DNA of 63,572 bases, the filler included. It is 3 parts of 3 records of this genome, joined end to end, with 100 filler letters (N's around TTAATTAATTAA, not from the genome) between each part and the next. Parts side by side here need not be neighbours in the genome. Positions count along the whole stretch, not along the records: positions 35,532 to 63,572 come from SRR20825010_1429; 2 more parts are not named here. One strand, written 5' to 3'. Shown piece after piece: positions 47,955-57,852 of the stretch (its first letter is position 1; the number at the start of each line of letters is the position of its first letter). The notes beneath the pieces were generated by a model that worked only from the letters and a program-made list of their open reading frames with translations, was not told where the DNA came from and did no database searches. A program made the position numbers and the translations under genes.

Positions 47955-50126
47955 TTAAAAACTTATGGATGCCCCTAAGAGAAAATTAATCCCTGCCTGA
48001 GGATAGTAACCAGCTCCTTCATAAGTAGTAACGGTTCCAGGCACAGAATAATCATCATCAAAAGTATAAAAGTATCCATTGGACACAAATAAGGAATCGA
48101 AGATATTATTGACCAGTCCAGATAAAACGATGCTCTTAAAAAACCCGTTGGTATTGATCTCATACTGTACATTAAAATCGGTTTGCGAATACGAATCCAA
48201 CTTGGAACCTTCAGAATCTATATTACCCATATATTGCTCTCCAACAAACTTGGTCAACACGCTAAATTGAACATTTTCCTTAGGCTGATAGGTTAAAACG
48301 TTTCCTACAATAATATCTGGCGAAAAGGAAATATGGGTATCCCCAAGTTCTTCTAGTTCTCCATCACGCTGAAACACAAAATCCCTGTTTCTGTTTCTGC
48401 TCAAGGCCACATTGGGCCGTATTTTAAATTGATTCCCCAAAGCTATGGTGGCATCCACTTCCAAACCTAAGCGGTAACTGTCCCCAACATTGGCTCGTAA
48501 AGGGGCTCCAACATCATTTAGTTCGCCAGTGAGCACCAATTGATCCTTATATCCCATATAATACACATTGGTGTTCAACTGTACATCTGGGGAAATATAG
48601 CGCCATCCCAACTCATAATCGTTCAATTTCTCCGGCTTTGGGCTACCACTTTCATAGTCATTTCTATTAGGCTCACGATTGGCCCTGGCATAAGAGAGAT
48701 AAAAATTATTGTTCATGTTTAGATCGTAGGTAATCCCAACCTTTGGGTTGAAAAAATTAAAGGTGTCATCTACGATTCCTGTGTCTTCGCCATTGGCTGT
48801 ATAGCCTATGGTCCTATACTGTAAATCCCCATAAGCACTCCATTGGTCGCTAAATTTATAATTCGCCTTGGCAAAAAGATTTAGATCCGTTTTGGTAGAA
48901 CTATCATCATAATATCTGTCTTCATAATCCTTATTGTTGGAAAAACGGGCCCAAATAATTTCCCCAAAATGGCTTCCTTCATATTTGTTCCAACCTCCTC
49001 CAAGAATTAAATTCAAACTCTCTTGGTCATAATTGACAGAAAAAGTGGTACCGTAAAAATCATTGTCCAGCCAACGCCTTCTTATTAGATCGGTCTTATC
49101 CACTTCTTCCCCATCAACCATTATAGGCACAATTCCATAGGTGCTAAAGTCATCGTTTTCCTTGTACTGTTCAAAAAAACCTCTTCCCTTAGTAAAATGA
49201 AATGCCAGATTGGTATTCCAATTATCCGCAATTTGTTCATTCCAATGCAATTGAAAATGATTTTGCCTATAATTATCCTCTTCGTGGTCATAGAATTGGG
49301 TATTTCCATTTTCATCGGTATAGATTCCCGCAGAATTAAAGGTTCTGTCAGACTCCAATGTTTCTGCATCTATCCCGTTCCAAGCCTGATAGGTAATTTC
49401 ATGTCCCCCGAACAACAATGCCTTTACCAAAGTATTGTCATCAACATAGGAGCCTTGCAAAAAGTAAGAATCCAATTCGGAAGAAGCCCTATCAATATAA
49501 CCGTCCGAGGTTATTCTGGACAAACGTCCTGCAATTTCAACATGATCGTTCAAAAGACCGGTGCTAAACTTCAAATTGTTCCTGAGTGTTCCAAAGCTGC
49601 CTATGGAAGACGAAATTTGACCAAAGGCCTCGTCGGAAACGGCATCGGTCAACAAATTTAAACTGGCTCCAAAGGCTCCTGATCCGTTTGTTGATGTTCC
49701 TACCCCACGCTGCAATTGCAAACTTTCTGTGGAAGAGGCAAAATCGGGCATGTTTACCCAAAACGAACCGTGTGATTCCGCATCGTTGTAGGGAATCCCG
49801 TTAATGGTAACGTTGACCCGTGTACCATCACTACCACGGACTCGGATACCTGTGTAGCCTATACCGGCCCCGGCATCGGAAGTGGTAACCACTGCTGGCA
49901 GAAAATTCATAAGGATAGGAATATCCTGCCCTAAATTTCTAGGTTTGATCTGTTCTTTGGTCAGGTTGGTGAAAGTTACTGGAGATTGTTTGGTAACCCT
50001 AACAGCGGATACCAATACCTCATCCAAGGCAATTTCTTTTCCTTCCAAAGAATCTTTGGGTTTCTCTTGGCCAATCGCCAAAAGCGTAGTCGCTACGATA
50101 GCGACAGTTGTGAACATAGTTTTCAT
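47955..50126 (-). CDS. TonB-dependent receptor, probably thiamine uptake
   Basis: Plug domain (IRVRGS, QRGVGTS), C-terminal F and an upstream TPP riboswitch. Confidence 0.88.
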   Translation of the reverse strand: MKTMFTTVAIVATTLLAIGQEKPKDSLEGKEIALDEVLVSAVRVTKQSPVTFTNLTKEQIKPRNLGQDIPILMNFLPAVVTTSDAGAGIGYTGIRVRGSDGTRVNVTINGIPYNDAESHGSFWVNMPDFASSTESLQLQRGVGTSTNGSGAFGASLNLLTDAVSDEAFGQISSSIGSFGTLRNNLKFSTGLLNDHVEIAGRLSRITSDGYIDRASSELDSYFLQGSYVDDNTLVKALLFGGHEITYQAWNGIDAETLESDRTFNSAGIYTDENGNTQFYDHEEDNYRQNHFQLHWNEQIADNWNTNLAFHFTKGRGFFEQYKENDDFSTYGIVPIMVDGEEVDKTDLIRRRWLDNDFYGTTFSVNYDQESLNLILGGGWNKYEGSHFGEIIWARFSNNKDYEDRYYDDSSTKTDLNLFAKANYKFSDQWSAYGDLQYRTIGYTANGEDTGIVDDTFNFFNPKVGITYDLNMNNNFYLSYARANREPNRNDYESGSPKPEKLNDYELGWRYISPDVQLNTNVYYMGYKDQLVLTGELNDVGAPLRANVGDSYRLGLEVDATIALGNQFKIRPNVALSRNRNRDFVFQRDGELEELGDTHISFSPDIIVGNVLTYQPKENVQFSVLTKFVGEQYMGNIDSEGSKLDSYSQTDFNVQYEINTNGFFKSIVLSGLVNNIFDSLFVSNGYFYTFDDDYSVPGTVTTYEGAGYYPQAGINFLLGASISF

Positions 50127-50246
50127 CCGTAATACATTTGTTACGAATAAAAGGGGCTATTATTCTTGTTAAAAATTGATTTTTGTTTTTTTCCGATTAC
50201 AAAATTGTATCGAAAATAAAACGTTAGAAATTCCAAAACGCGATTT

Positions 50247-50322
50247 TCGCATCCCTTGGCAGCATTACCTGCCCAGGTTCCTTGGGTATAATCTCAGCCT
50301 GACCTAACAAGCACCCCTTTGA
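50247..50322 (-). ncRNA. TPP riboswitch aptamer (ends approximate)
   Basis: Minus strand reads GGGGTGC...GCTGAGATTATACCC-AAG-GAACCTGGGCAGGTAATGCTGCCAAGGGA. Confidence 0.92.
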
Positions 50323-50330
50323 GACGGGCG

Positions 50331-50338
50331 CAAATTTA
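50331..50338 (-). promoter_or_regulatory. Bacteroidota -7 promoter element for the riboswitch leader
   Basis: TAAATTTG on the minus strand just upstream of the aptamer. Confidence 0.7.
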
Positions 50339-50442
50339 CATACGACCATTCTAATATCATAATAAAAAGCAATAAATAATTAACTATAATTTATAGACCA
50401 ATGAGACTTGAAATACGTAAATTAGAATAAGGGCCGCAAAAA

Positions 50443-52926
50443 ATGGAATCATTAATGAACAAGACAAAGAACAAATTCACCTTTAAAATAATGTTCAGTT
50501 ATCTAATGCTTGGGATATTGACCCTGGTAGTAGCCTATTTTATATTTTCAGAAATTAAGGTATTTGTATCTACAGACACAGCAACGGAAAACGATGCCAA
50601 ATTACTAAAAACAGGCTCCCTATTAACAGAACTATATGAGGCGGAAAGTCTTTCCAAACTGGCACTCCAAAAAAAGACCCCAAAAAGCTTTACGGCCTAT
50701 GCCCAAAAGATAGATTCCATTTTTATCACCATAGACTCCCTTAAACTTCTTACAGTTAATGACTACCAAAAGGAGATGTTGGATAGTGTGCAGGGGCTTC
50801 TTAAAAAAAAGGTATTCAACAGTAATGAATTGCTGCGCTTAAAAAGAAAAAGCGAAACCAACAATTCTATAGACAATGCCCTCAAGGAATTTAGCAAAAT
50901 TGAAGAGTCTCTTGGAAAAATTACTCCGGAAAGCCTAAATCCCAATTATTCGGACTTACCTCCTGATGCTCAGAATACCTTAAAAAAATGGGCAGAATAC
51001 CTAAGTGAAAACGTCCCAAAAGACACCAGTAACATTCCTGTTGCCCAACGGGTAGATTCTGTTTTAACGGTTTCCAAATCGCTTTTGGCAGAAGCCAAAC
51101 AGAGTAATACCAAGGCCTTGCGTTCGGTAGCACAGAAAGAATTGCAATTAAGCAGGGCCGATCTGGAAATTTCACAACAGCTACGCAGTATTATTTCGGC
51201 CTTTGAACAGGAGGTAATTACAAAATCCTACAACGACAACCTAAAAAAACAAACCGCCCTAAAAAGAAGCCTGCGTGTGGCCGGTTTTGCCAGCTTGCTG
51301 GGTTTAGCTATTGTGGGACTCTTCACTTTCCTAATTACCAAAGATTATTGGAAGGTACAACTGTACAGACAACAACTGGAGAAAGAAAAGAAATTTTCCG
51401 AATCCCTTTTAAGAAGTCGGGAACAATTAATTTCTACGGTTAGCCATGACCTGCGAACGCCATTGAATACCATAACAGGTTATTCCGAATTAATGGAAAA
51501 TACCGGGCTTTCCGGCAAACAGGTGTCCTATTTAAAGAATGTAAAATCCGCTTCCAAATATGTGGATAGTCTGGTAAACGATCTATTGGATTTTTCCAAA
51601 TTGGAGGCAGGAAAAATAAAAATAGACCAGACAGCATTTATACTTTCCGACCTTATCAGGGAAACTGCCGAAAACCTCAAGGAAATACATTTAAAGAAAC
51701 CCATAGAACTCCAGGTAATAATCGACAGGCAATTGGATAAGCCCGTTTTGGGAGATCCATTTAGGATAAGACAAATTTTGACCAACCTAATCGGCAATGC
51801 CTATAAATTTACCAATGAAGGTTTCATAAAGGTTGAAGCCAAGGTACTAAACGAAGCGAACGGAAACTACCAAACCTTAATCCAGGTCACTGATACTGGC
51901 ATAGGGATTAAAAAAGAAAAACAAGAACACATTTTTAAAGAGTTTACCCAGGCAGAAGACCATACGGATAAAAAATATGGCGGTTATGGTCTAGGTCTTA
52001 CTATTTCCAAGAAACTCACCGAACTGTTGGGTGGAGAAATTAGCCTCCAAAGCGAGGAAAATAAGGGAAGTACATTTTCGGTTGAAATTCCTCTCGAGAT
52101 ATCAAAAAAACCTTTGAATTCCCCTAAGAAAATGGAAATCAGCCCAAAAGTGGAGTTGTCCCTTCTTATCATTGATGATGACCCTGCCATGCTTAAACTG
52201 CTCAAGGAAGTCTGTCAACATTTGGGACTCGCTGCCCATACCTACAATAGTTTTGATGATGTTACTAGAATAGGGACACTTAATTACAACATGGTTTTGA
52301 CCGATATACAAATGCCCAATATAACGGGTTTTGAAGTATTGGGCAAACTACAAAACGGCACCTATTCGCATTATGCCGGGCAACCCATAGTAGCCATGAC
52401 AGGGCGGAAAGATCTAAAAAGGAAGCAGTATATTGAAGCAGGTTTTTCAGATATCCTTCAAAAACCCTTTACCAAAGATATGTTCTTGGAAGTATTGAGC
52501 AACTTGTTCCCCCAAGCAGTTCGTAAAAAAGCTGAAAATACAGAAAAACCTAATATCGCCTCCGGTTCAAACTTATTCCACTTGGGGGTTATTTCCTCTT
52601 TTTTGGGAGATGATGATGAAGGCATAGCCGAAGTTTTGCAGACCTTTATTACCGATACCAAAACCAACATGGAAAAACTGAAAGTGGCGGTAGATGATAT
52701 GGATATTAAGACGGTGAATGTTGTTTCACATCGAATGCTCCCCATGTTCAGACAATTAAACAGTAAGGAGATAGTTCCTATTTTAGAACAATTGGAGATT
52801 TTGGAAATTGGCCAATGGGAACCTAAGGTCTTGAAACAAACCTACAGGGACCTTCAGAATAAGTCCACCGTTTTGATCCTGGCCATTAAATCATATTTGG
52901 CTACAAGTCCAAATTATAGTGATTAA
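50443..52926 (+). CDS. Hybrid sensor kinase (periplasmic sensor-HisKA-HATPase-REC-HPt)
   Basis: SHDLRTP, NAYKF, GYGLGL, TDIQMP receiver and HPt-like SHRMLPMF. Confidence 0.92.
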   Translation: MESLMNKTKNKFTFKIMFSYLMLGILTLVVAYFIFSEIKVFVSTDTATENDAKLLKTGSLLTELYEAESLSKLALQKKTPKSFTAYAQKIDSIFITIDSLKLLTVNDYQKEMLDSVQGLLKKKVFNSNELLRLKRKSETNNSIDNALKEFSKIEESLGKITPESLNPNYSDLPPDAQNTLKKWAEYLSENVPKDTSNIPVAQRVDSVLTVSKSLLAEAKQSNTKALRSVAQKELQLSRADLEISQQLRSIISAFEQEVITKSYNDNLKKQTALKRSLRVAGFASLLGLAIVGLFTFLITKDYWKVQLYRQQLEKEKKFSESLLRSREQLISTVSHDLRTPLNTITGYSELMENTGLSGKQVSYLKNVKSASKYVDSLVNDLLDFSKLEAGKIKIDQTAFILSDLIRETAENLKEIHLKKPIELQVIIDRQLDKPVLGDPFRIRQILTNLIGNAYKFTNEGFIKVEAKVLNEANGNYQTLIQVTDTGIGIKKEKQEHIFKEFTQAEDHTDKKYGGYGLGLTISKKLTELLGGEISLQSEENKGSTFSVEIPLEISKKPLNSPKKMEISPKVELSLLIIDDDPAMLKLLKEVCQHLGLAAHTYNSFDDVTRIGTLNYNMVLTDIQMPNITGFEVLGKLQNGTYSHYAGQPIVAMTGRKDLKRKQYIEAGFSDILQKPFTKDMFLEVLSNLFPQAVRKKAENTEKPNIASGSNLFHLGVISSFLGDDDEGIAEVLQTFITDTKTNMEKLKVAVDDMDIKTVNVVSHRMLPMFRQLNSKEIVPILEQLEILEIGQWEPKVLKQTYRDLQNKSTVLILAIKSYLATSPNYSD

Positions 52927-54259
52927 TTTTGTTGTATAGTGTTTTTCTTGTGATCTGAAGGAGTTTGGCCGCTTTGGATTTATTAAAATTTGATTGTTTC
53001 AAGGCCTTTACTATTTGTTCCTTCTCATAATCGGCCTTGGAAAAGTTATCGACTTTAGCATTGCTTTCCTTACTCTTATATACTTCTTTGGGCAAGGCAG
53101 CTTTCTCCACCATATCCCCACTGGTCAACAGAACCGCCCTTTTTATAACATTCTGCAATTCACGTAGATTTCCGGGCCAATGATATTGCTTAAATATATC
53201 CTTTACATCCTCCGAAAAACCTTGCACTACTTTTCCCAAGGATCGGTTGGCCTTTTTCAAAAAGAAATCAGCGAAAAGTGGTAGGTCTTCAAAGCGTTCC
53301 TCCAAGGACGGGATTTCTACAGAAAATTCGTTGATCCTATGAAAAAGATCTTCCCTAAAACTACCGTTTTCAACAGCCTCTGTTAGGTCTTCGTTTGTGG
53401 CCGTTACAATTCGGATATCTACCTCTATCTCCTTGTTACTACCAACTCTTTTAATTTTTCTTTCCTGTAGGGCCCTTAACAACTGTATCTGGTTTTCATA
53501 GGAAAGGTTCCCTATTTCGTCCAAAAATAAGGTACCCCCATTGGCCGCCTCAAAATGTCCCTTTTTATCCTCCACTGCTCCAGTAAAACTTCCTTTAACA
53601 TGCCCAAAAAATTCACTAGTGGCAATTTCTTTGGGAATGGCACCGCAATCTACGGCCACAAAATTGTGTTCATTGCGCTTACTATTATCGTGTATCGCCC
53701 TTGCAGTTACCTCCTTTCCTGTCCCACTTTCCCCTGTAATTAAAACGGACATGTCCGTAGGGGCCACCAGCTTTATGTACTCGTGCAATTTTTTGGAAGC
53801 CTCACTTATTCCAATAACAACCCTATCGTCCTGGGGATCAACTACCAAATTTTCGCTTTTATGGTTATCCTTTGGCGCACTATCCAATTGCCTCTCGGTC
53901 TCTTGGTTTAAGGCGCTTTTAATCTGCATTAGAATTTCCTCTGGAGTAAATGGTTTGGAGATGTAGTCGTAGGCACCTTTTTTCATAGCCTCCACGGCAG
54001 AACCAACCTCGGCATAACCGGTCATCACAATAACCTGTGTCTTTGGATTTACCTCCTTAATATCGGATAAAAGTTGAAGCCCATCATAATTGGGAAGTCG
54101 CAAATCTGTTAAAACTAGATCATAGGTGCTTGCCTTGAATTTGGTCTTGGCATCCTGGGCAGTAAAACTTTCGTCGACATCGTAACCGTTTCTAATCAAA
54201 AACTTTTGAAGCATTTGACAAAAAGCGGCGTCATCTTCAATGATAAGGAGTTTGGGCAT
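52901..54259 (-). CDS. Sigma-54-dependent response regulator (NtrC family)
   Basis: REC domain, GESGTGKE, GSFTGA, FLDEIG, WPGNLREL and Fis-type HTH. Confidence 0.95.
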   Translation of the reverse strand: MPKLLIIEDDAAFCQMLQKFLIRNGYDVDESFTAQDAKTKFKASTYDLVLTDLRLPNYDGLQLLSDIKEVNPKTQVIVMTGYAEVGSAVEAMKKGAYDYISKPFTPEEILMQIKSALNQETERQLDSAPKDNHKSENLVVDPQDDRVVIGISEASKKLHEYIKLVAPTDMSVLITGESGTGKEVTARAIHDNSKRNEHNFVAVDCGAIPKEIATSEFFGHVKGSFTGAVEDKKGHFEAANGGTLFLDEIGNLSYENQIQLLRALQERKIKRVGSNKEIEVDIRIVTATNEDLTEAVENGSFREDLFHRINEFSVEIPSLEERFEDLPLFADFFLKKANRSLGKVVQGFSEDVKDIFKQYHWPGNLRELQNVIKRAVLLTSGDMVEKAALPKEVYKSKESNAKVDNFSKADYEKEQIVKALKQSNFNKSKAAKLLQITRKTLYNKINHYNLDL

Positions 54260-54331
54260 ACCTTTCTATTACAATTTACTATAGATAGTAAAAATACCAT
54301 AAGAAAGTTAGTTGCCTTTAAAAATTTTCAT

Positions 54332-54370
54332 AAAAAAAAGAGGGGGATTGTATAAAACAATCCCCCTCTT
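54332..54370 (-). terminator. Intrinsic terminator of PepSY-like gene 1
   Basis: AAGAGGGGGATTGT...ACAATCCCCCTCTT with a T tract on the minus strand. Confidence 0.85.
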
Positions 54371-54410
54371 ACCAAACCAACTTGATACAAAACAAATAAT
54401 TCAAGTTTTA

Positions 54411-54713
54411 CTATAGTTCTATCCAGTTGCCGTCTTTATCGGCATACAAAGTACCTGTAGTACCATCCTCCAAAGTTACTTCCAACTTATATTGCTCCTG
54501 CTTATTTACATAAGCTTTACTGATGGTCCCCGAAGGATAGTCAGTAGAAACAGCTGTTGCAACCGCTTCTGGTAAATCACTTGTTTCTATTTCAGAGAAG
54601 TCGTCCTGAGCTATTGCAGTTTGTGTAGTAACTAGTGCTACATCTTCACCTGCTTGAGCAAATGCGGTTAGACTTCCGAATGATAATACTGCTACAAAAA
54701 ATAATTTTTTCAT
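54411..54713 (-). CDS. Small secreted PepSY-like/DUF2874-like protein, paralog 1
   Basis: MKKLFF signal peptide at 54713; EI...LPEAV..A...YP...I.KAYVN...YKLEV...LYADKDGNWI. Confidence 0.8.
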   Translation of the reverse strand: MKKLFFVAVLSFGSLTAFAQAGEDVALVTTQTAIAQDDFSEIETSDLPEAVATAVSTDYPSGTISKAYVNKQEQYKLEVTLEDGTTGTLYADKDGNWIEL

Positions 54714-54750
54714 GATTTTCATTTTAATAGTTAAACTTGTTATACCTATT

Positions 54751-54888
54751 GAAAATATGATACCAAAATTCAACGAACACTTAAAATATACGTAACCACC
54801 TATATATGTGTATGTTATGATTTGTGTGCAAAAAATTGAACTGTGTATTTTTGGGTATCAAACTTTTTTAATGGGTAAAAACTAAACA
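54751..54888 (-). promoter_or_regulatory. Putative sigma-54 promoter and upstream activator array of paralog 1
   Basis: Minus TGGTATCATATTTTC (54751-54765); plus TGTGTA-N4-TGGGTA-N14-TGGGTA-N5-TAAACA (54842-54888). Confidence 0.55.
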
Positions 54889-55022
54889 CTATTTCTTATG
54901 TATCCTTTTTGTATTCCAGAAACAGATTCTTTATTACCTAATAATTAATTGTGCAAAATCGCCAATCAAATGACAATGCCATCAAGTTACCGCCATATTT
55001 CACCTTATAAAACACCAAAAAC

Positions 55023-55052
55023 AAAAAATGGGATCGTTTAAACGATCCCATT
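55023..55052 (-). terminator. Intrinsic terminator of PepSY-like gene 2
   Basis: AATGGGATCGTTT/AAACGATCCCATT with a T tract on the minus strand. Confidence 0.75.
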
Positions 55053-55090
55053 ATCATTGGTATGCCCAATAATATCATAATAAACACATC

Positions 55091-55393
55091 CTATCTTTCT
55101 ATCCAATCTCCATCCTTATCGGCATATATGGTACCGCTATTGCCTTCCTTCAAAATTATATCCAACCTGAATTGTTGGAAATTGTTAACATAGGCCTTAT
55201 TGATAACCGCAGAAGGATAATAGGTGTCTATTGCCTTGGTCACTGCTTCGGGCAATTCTGCAGCACCTATTTCGGAGAATTTATCTTGGTCAATGCTCAT
55301 TTCCGTAACCGCCCCTGTTGCTGCTTTGTTTTCCTGCGCACAGGCTGTTAAACTTGTTATTGATAATGCAATTCCAAAAAATAGCTTTCTCAT
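55091..55393 (-). CDS. Small secreted PepSY-like/DUF2874-like protein, paralog 2
   Basis: MRKLFF signal at 55393 (possible lipobox LTA-C); same domain motif as paralog 1. Confidence 0.8.
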   Translation of the reverse strand: MRKLFFGIALSITSLTACAQENKAATGAVTEMSIDQDKFSEIGAAELPEAVTKAIDTYYPSAVINKAYVNNFQQFRLDIILKEGNSGTIYADKDGDWIER

Positions 55394-55427
55394 GATTCTT
55401 ATTTTAATAATTATTACCATTACCAAT

Positions 55428-55558
55428 GGAAAAACGATACCGAAATCAATAAAAAACCTTCATTACACTGACTTTCAATAACTTAAAGTAGTTTTGCTAT
55501 TACACAAAGACTGTGTAATAATGGGTATTAAGGAATTCAATTGTGTCAAAATTACACA
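55428..55558 (-). promoter_or_regulatory. Putative sigma-54 promoter and activator array of paralog 2
   Basis: Minus CGGTATCGTTTTTCC (55428-55442); plus TGTGTA-N4-TGGGTA-N14-TGTGTC-N5-TACACA (55512-55558). Confidence 0.55.
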
Positions 55559-55749
55559 CCATAACCTCAGATAGGGGAACAATGACAACTTGAAAACCCA
55601 TGAATAGGACTAAATATGGCAACGGCCAACACTATTCTACTAAGACATAAATAATAGTTGGGGGCCACTTTCCAATAGAAACGCATAAGGGCCACCATAA
55701 GGTAGCCCTGCTAATTCAAATAACTCATATAACTCACTTTACCAATGCA

Positions 55750-56049
55750 TTACATATCTATCCAGTTGCCTGAAGCATCGGCATATAATTCGGAATTGGT
55801 TCCATCTGAAAAAGTAACCTCCAACTTATATTCAGCCTCTTCATTTACATATGCTTTGTTTATTACGGCTCCGGCATGATCCTTCTCCAAAGCCTTTGTA
55901 ATTGTGTCGGGCAATTGATCAAGATCTATTTCAGTAAATTCTTGAGCAATAATTACTTCCATAATTCCATCGTGAAATATTGGAGGTGACGCCAAAACTG
56001 GACTTAAACTTCCCATTGCCATCGCTGTGGCAAAAACCAAGCTTTTCAT
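55750..56049 (-). CDS. Small secreted PepSY-like/DUF2874-like protein, paralog 3
   Basis: MKSLVF signal at 56049 (alternative ATG 56061); same domain motif. Confidence 0.8.
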   Translation of the reverse strand: MKSLVFATAMAMGSLSPVLASPPIFHDGIMEVIIAQEFTEIDLDQLPDTITKALEKDHAGAVINKAYVNEEAEYKLEVTFSDGTNSELYADASGNWIDM

Positions 56050-56109
56050 ATCATTTTTCATATCTCTAGTGTTTTGTGTGAATACTATTTGTTTCTCACA
56101 GCAGATAGA

Positions 56110-56250
56110 AGGAAAATTGTGCCAACAATCAAATTTCAATAATTAAATTTACAAGACATTAACAGTCAGTCATTTATGCAAAGTCTATTATTTATGGGGA
56201 ATGTATAAATATGTATAGCACCGCAAAAAGTGTATAAAAATTATACACTT
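56110..56250 (-). promoter_or_regulatory. Putative sigma-54 promoter and activator array of paralog 3
   Basis: Minus TGGCACAATTTTCCT (56110-56124); plus TGTATA-N4-TGTATA-N13-TGTATA-N5-TATACA (56202-56247) inside the palindrome AAGTGTATAA-AAA-TTATACACTT. Confidence 0.6.
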
Positions 56251-56313
56251 TTTGGGTACAATACATGATATATTTGTTGGAATGGGAAATAGTCCCATAT
56301 ATGGTCCATAAAT

Positions 56314-57852
56314 CTATTTTACCTGATGAGCAGGTTTTAATAGGTCGTTGACCGTTTTTACAGGATTAAAGGTCACCAAGGGAACTTCAACAAAAATAGT
56401 ATTCCAAAAGGCCATGGCACCGTTCCATAGACCTGGCAGCTCCAGAGCTTTTAGATCTTTTCCTTCTTTTGTTTTTTGGGTGATAAAACCTTGTTTGGCA
56501 TCTACATAATTGAGCAAATTAAATTTCTCTCCCTTATAATTTCTTACCCCGCAGACCAAATCTACCGGGTTAAAGTGGGTAGAGTTCTTTAAGATATCGA
56601 CCTGTGCCGGATTATCCATATCTACTTGTGCAGATTCTATAATTTGAAGTGAAATATGACCGTGGGCATCCCTTATCCAAAACGGACCGCCTCCAGGTTC
56701 GCCTTCATTCTTGACCATTCCACAAATACGAATGGGACGGTTTATCTTATCCTTTAAAATTTCTATTTGTTGCCCTATACTAAAACCCCCGAATTTATCT
56801 GAGAATCGGACATTTAAATCCTTTTCCAAAAACGATTTTATAGTTTCCAATAATTCAGAAGTTAAATTATCCCCGTCCAATAGCTTGGCGTATTCAAACG
56901 CCTTGCTTTGTAATTCCAACAACAGTCCGGCCAATATCTTTTTGCTTTGGGCAACGTCGTCAGAAAATCTTGGAACCACCACATTATCAATATTCTTTAT
57001 AAAAATAATGTCCGCATCCTGCTCGTTCAGGTTCTCTATCAAGGAACCGTGACCAGCTGGCCTGAACAACAGGGAGCCATCCGAATTTCTGAAAGGTTTG
57101 TTGTCCAAAGTTACAGCGATAGTATCCGTAGAAGGCTTCTGAAAGGAATAGTTAACCGTAAAGGAGGTTTTAGCATCCTTTGCCACACGCTCCCCGGCAG
57201 TCTTAAATTCTTTGTTGAACATTTCACCATGCTGCTCAGAAATGGTAAAATGTAGATTTGCCTCGTTATTCACCTGGGCGTAGGCAATAGCCTCCTTTAA
57301 ATGTTCCTCGAAAGGTGTGGCGGTGTGCTTGCCATAGTCATGAAAGGGCAAAAGGCCTTTTGGGTAAAATCCGAAATCCAAGCCTTCAGGCAATAACATC
57401 TCCTTTACAAAAAGGTACTTTTCCTCATCCTTGGAGCTTGTCTTACCAGCTATCCTTTTTTGAATAAGGTCATAAAAGGCAAATTTTTTATACCCTTCAA
57501 AGAAGGCCTTCACATCCTTATCCTTGGTTCTGTCCAAATAGGCCTCGAATTTTTCGGCTTTGGGATCATAGGTATCCAAAAAATTGAACATTGCCTTGAA
57601 CATTCGGGATGCAGCACCGGAAGCCGGTACAAATTTCAGAAGTGAAATTTTCTTCTTTGCATCCTCAAATTTTTTAATAAGCCCTTGCTCCTCGGCCTCG
57701 GAAAATTTGGAAATGCCATCGGATACTACCGCGGCCTTTTCCAATCTCACAAAAGGAATACCCTCCTTAAATGTCTCAATTTGACCAAGAACTTTTTCTT
57801 TAGAAATACCCTTCTTTTCTAATTGTTTTTTGTCTGCTTCCGTTAATTCCAT
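56314..57852 (-). CDS. DUF4301 family protein (pyrophosphorylase-like motifs)
   Basis: KFVPASGAASRMFK, RPAGHG, FIKNIDN, GEPGGGPF, THFNPVD and FNPVKT. Confidence 0.85.
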   Translation of the reverse strand: MELTEADKKQLEKKGISKEKVLGQIETFKEGIPFVRLEKAAVVSDGISKFSEAEEQGLIKKFEDAKKKISLLKFVPASGAASRMFKAMFNFLDTYDPKAEKFEAYLDRTKDKDVKAFFEGYKKFAFYDLIQKRIAGKTSSKDEEKYLFVKEMLLPEGLDFGFYPKGLLPFHDYGKHTATPFEEHLKEAIAYAQVNNEANLHFTISEQHGEMFNKEFKTAGERVAKDAKTSFTVNYSFQKPSTDTIAVTLDNKPFRNSDGSLLFRPAGHGSLIENLNEQDADIIFIKNIDNVVVPRFSDDVAQSKKILAGLLLELQSKAFEYAKLLDGDNLTSELLETIKSFLEKDLNVRFSDKFGGFSIGQQIEILKDKINRPIRICGMVKNEGEPGGGPFWIRDAHGHISLQIIESAQVDMDNPAQVDILKNSTHFNPVDLVCGVRNYKGEKFNLLNYVDAKQGFITQKTKEGKDLKALELPGLWNGAMAFWNTIFVEVPLVTFNPVKTVNDLLKPAHQVK

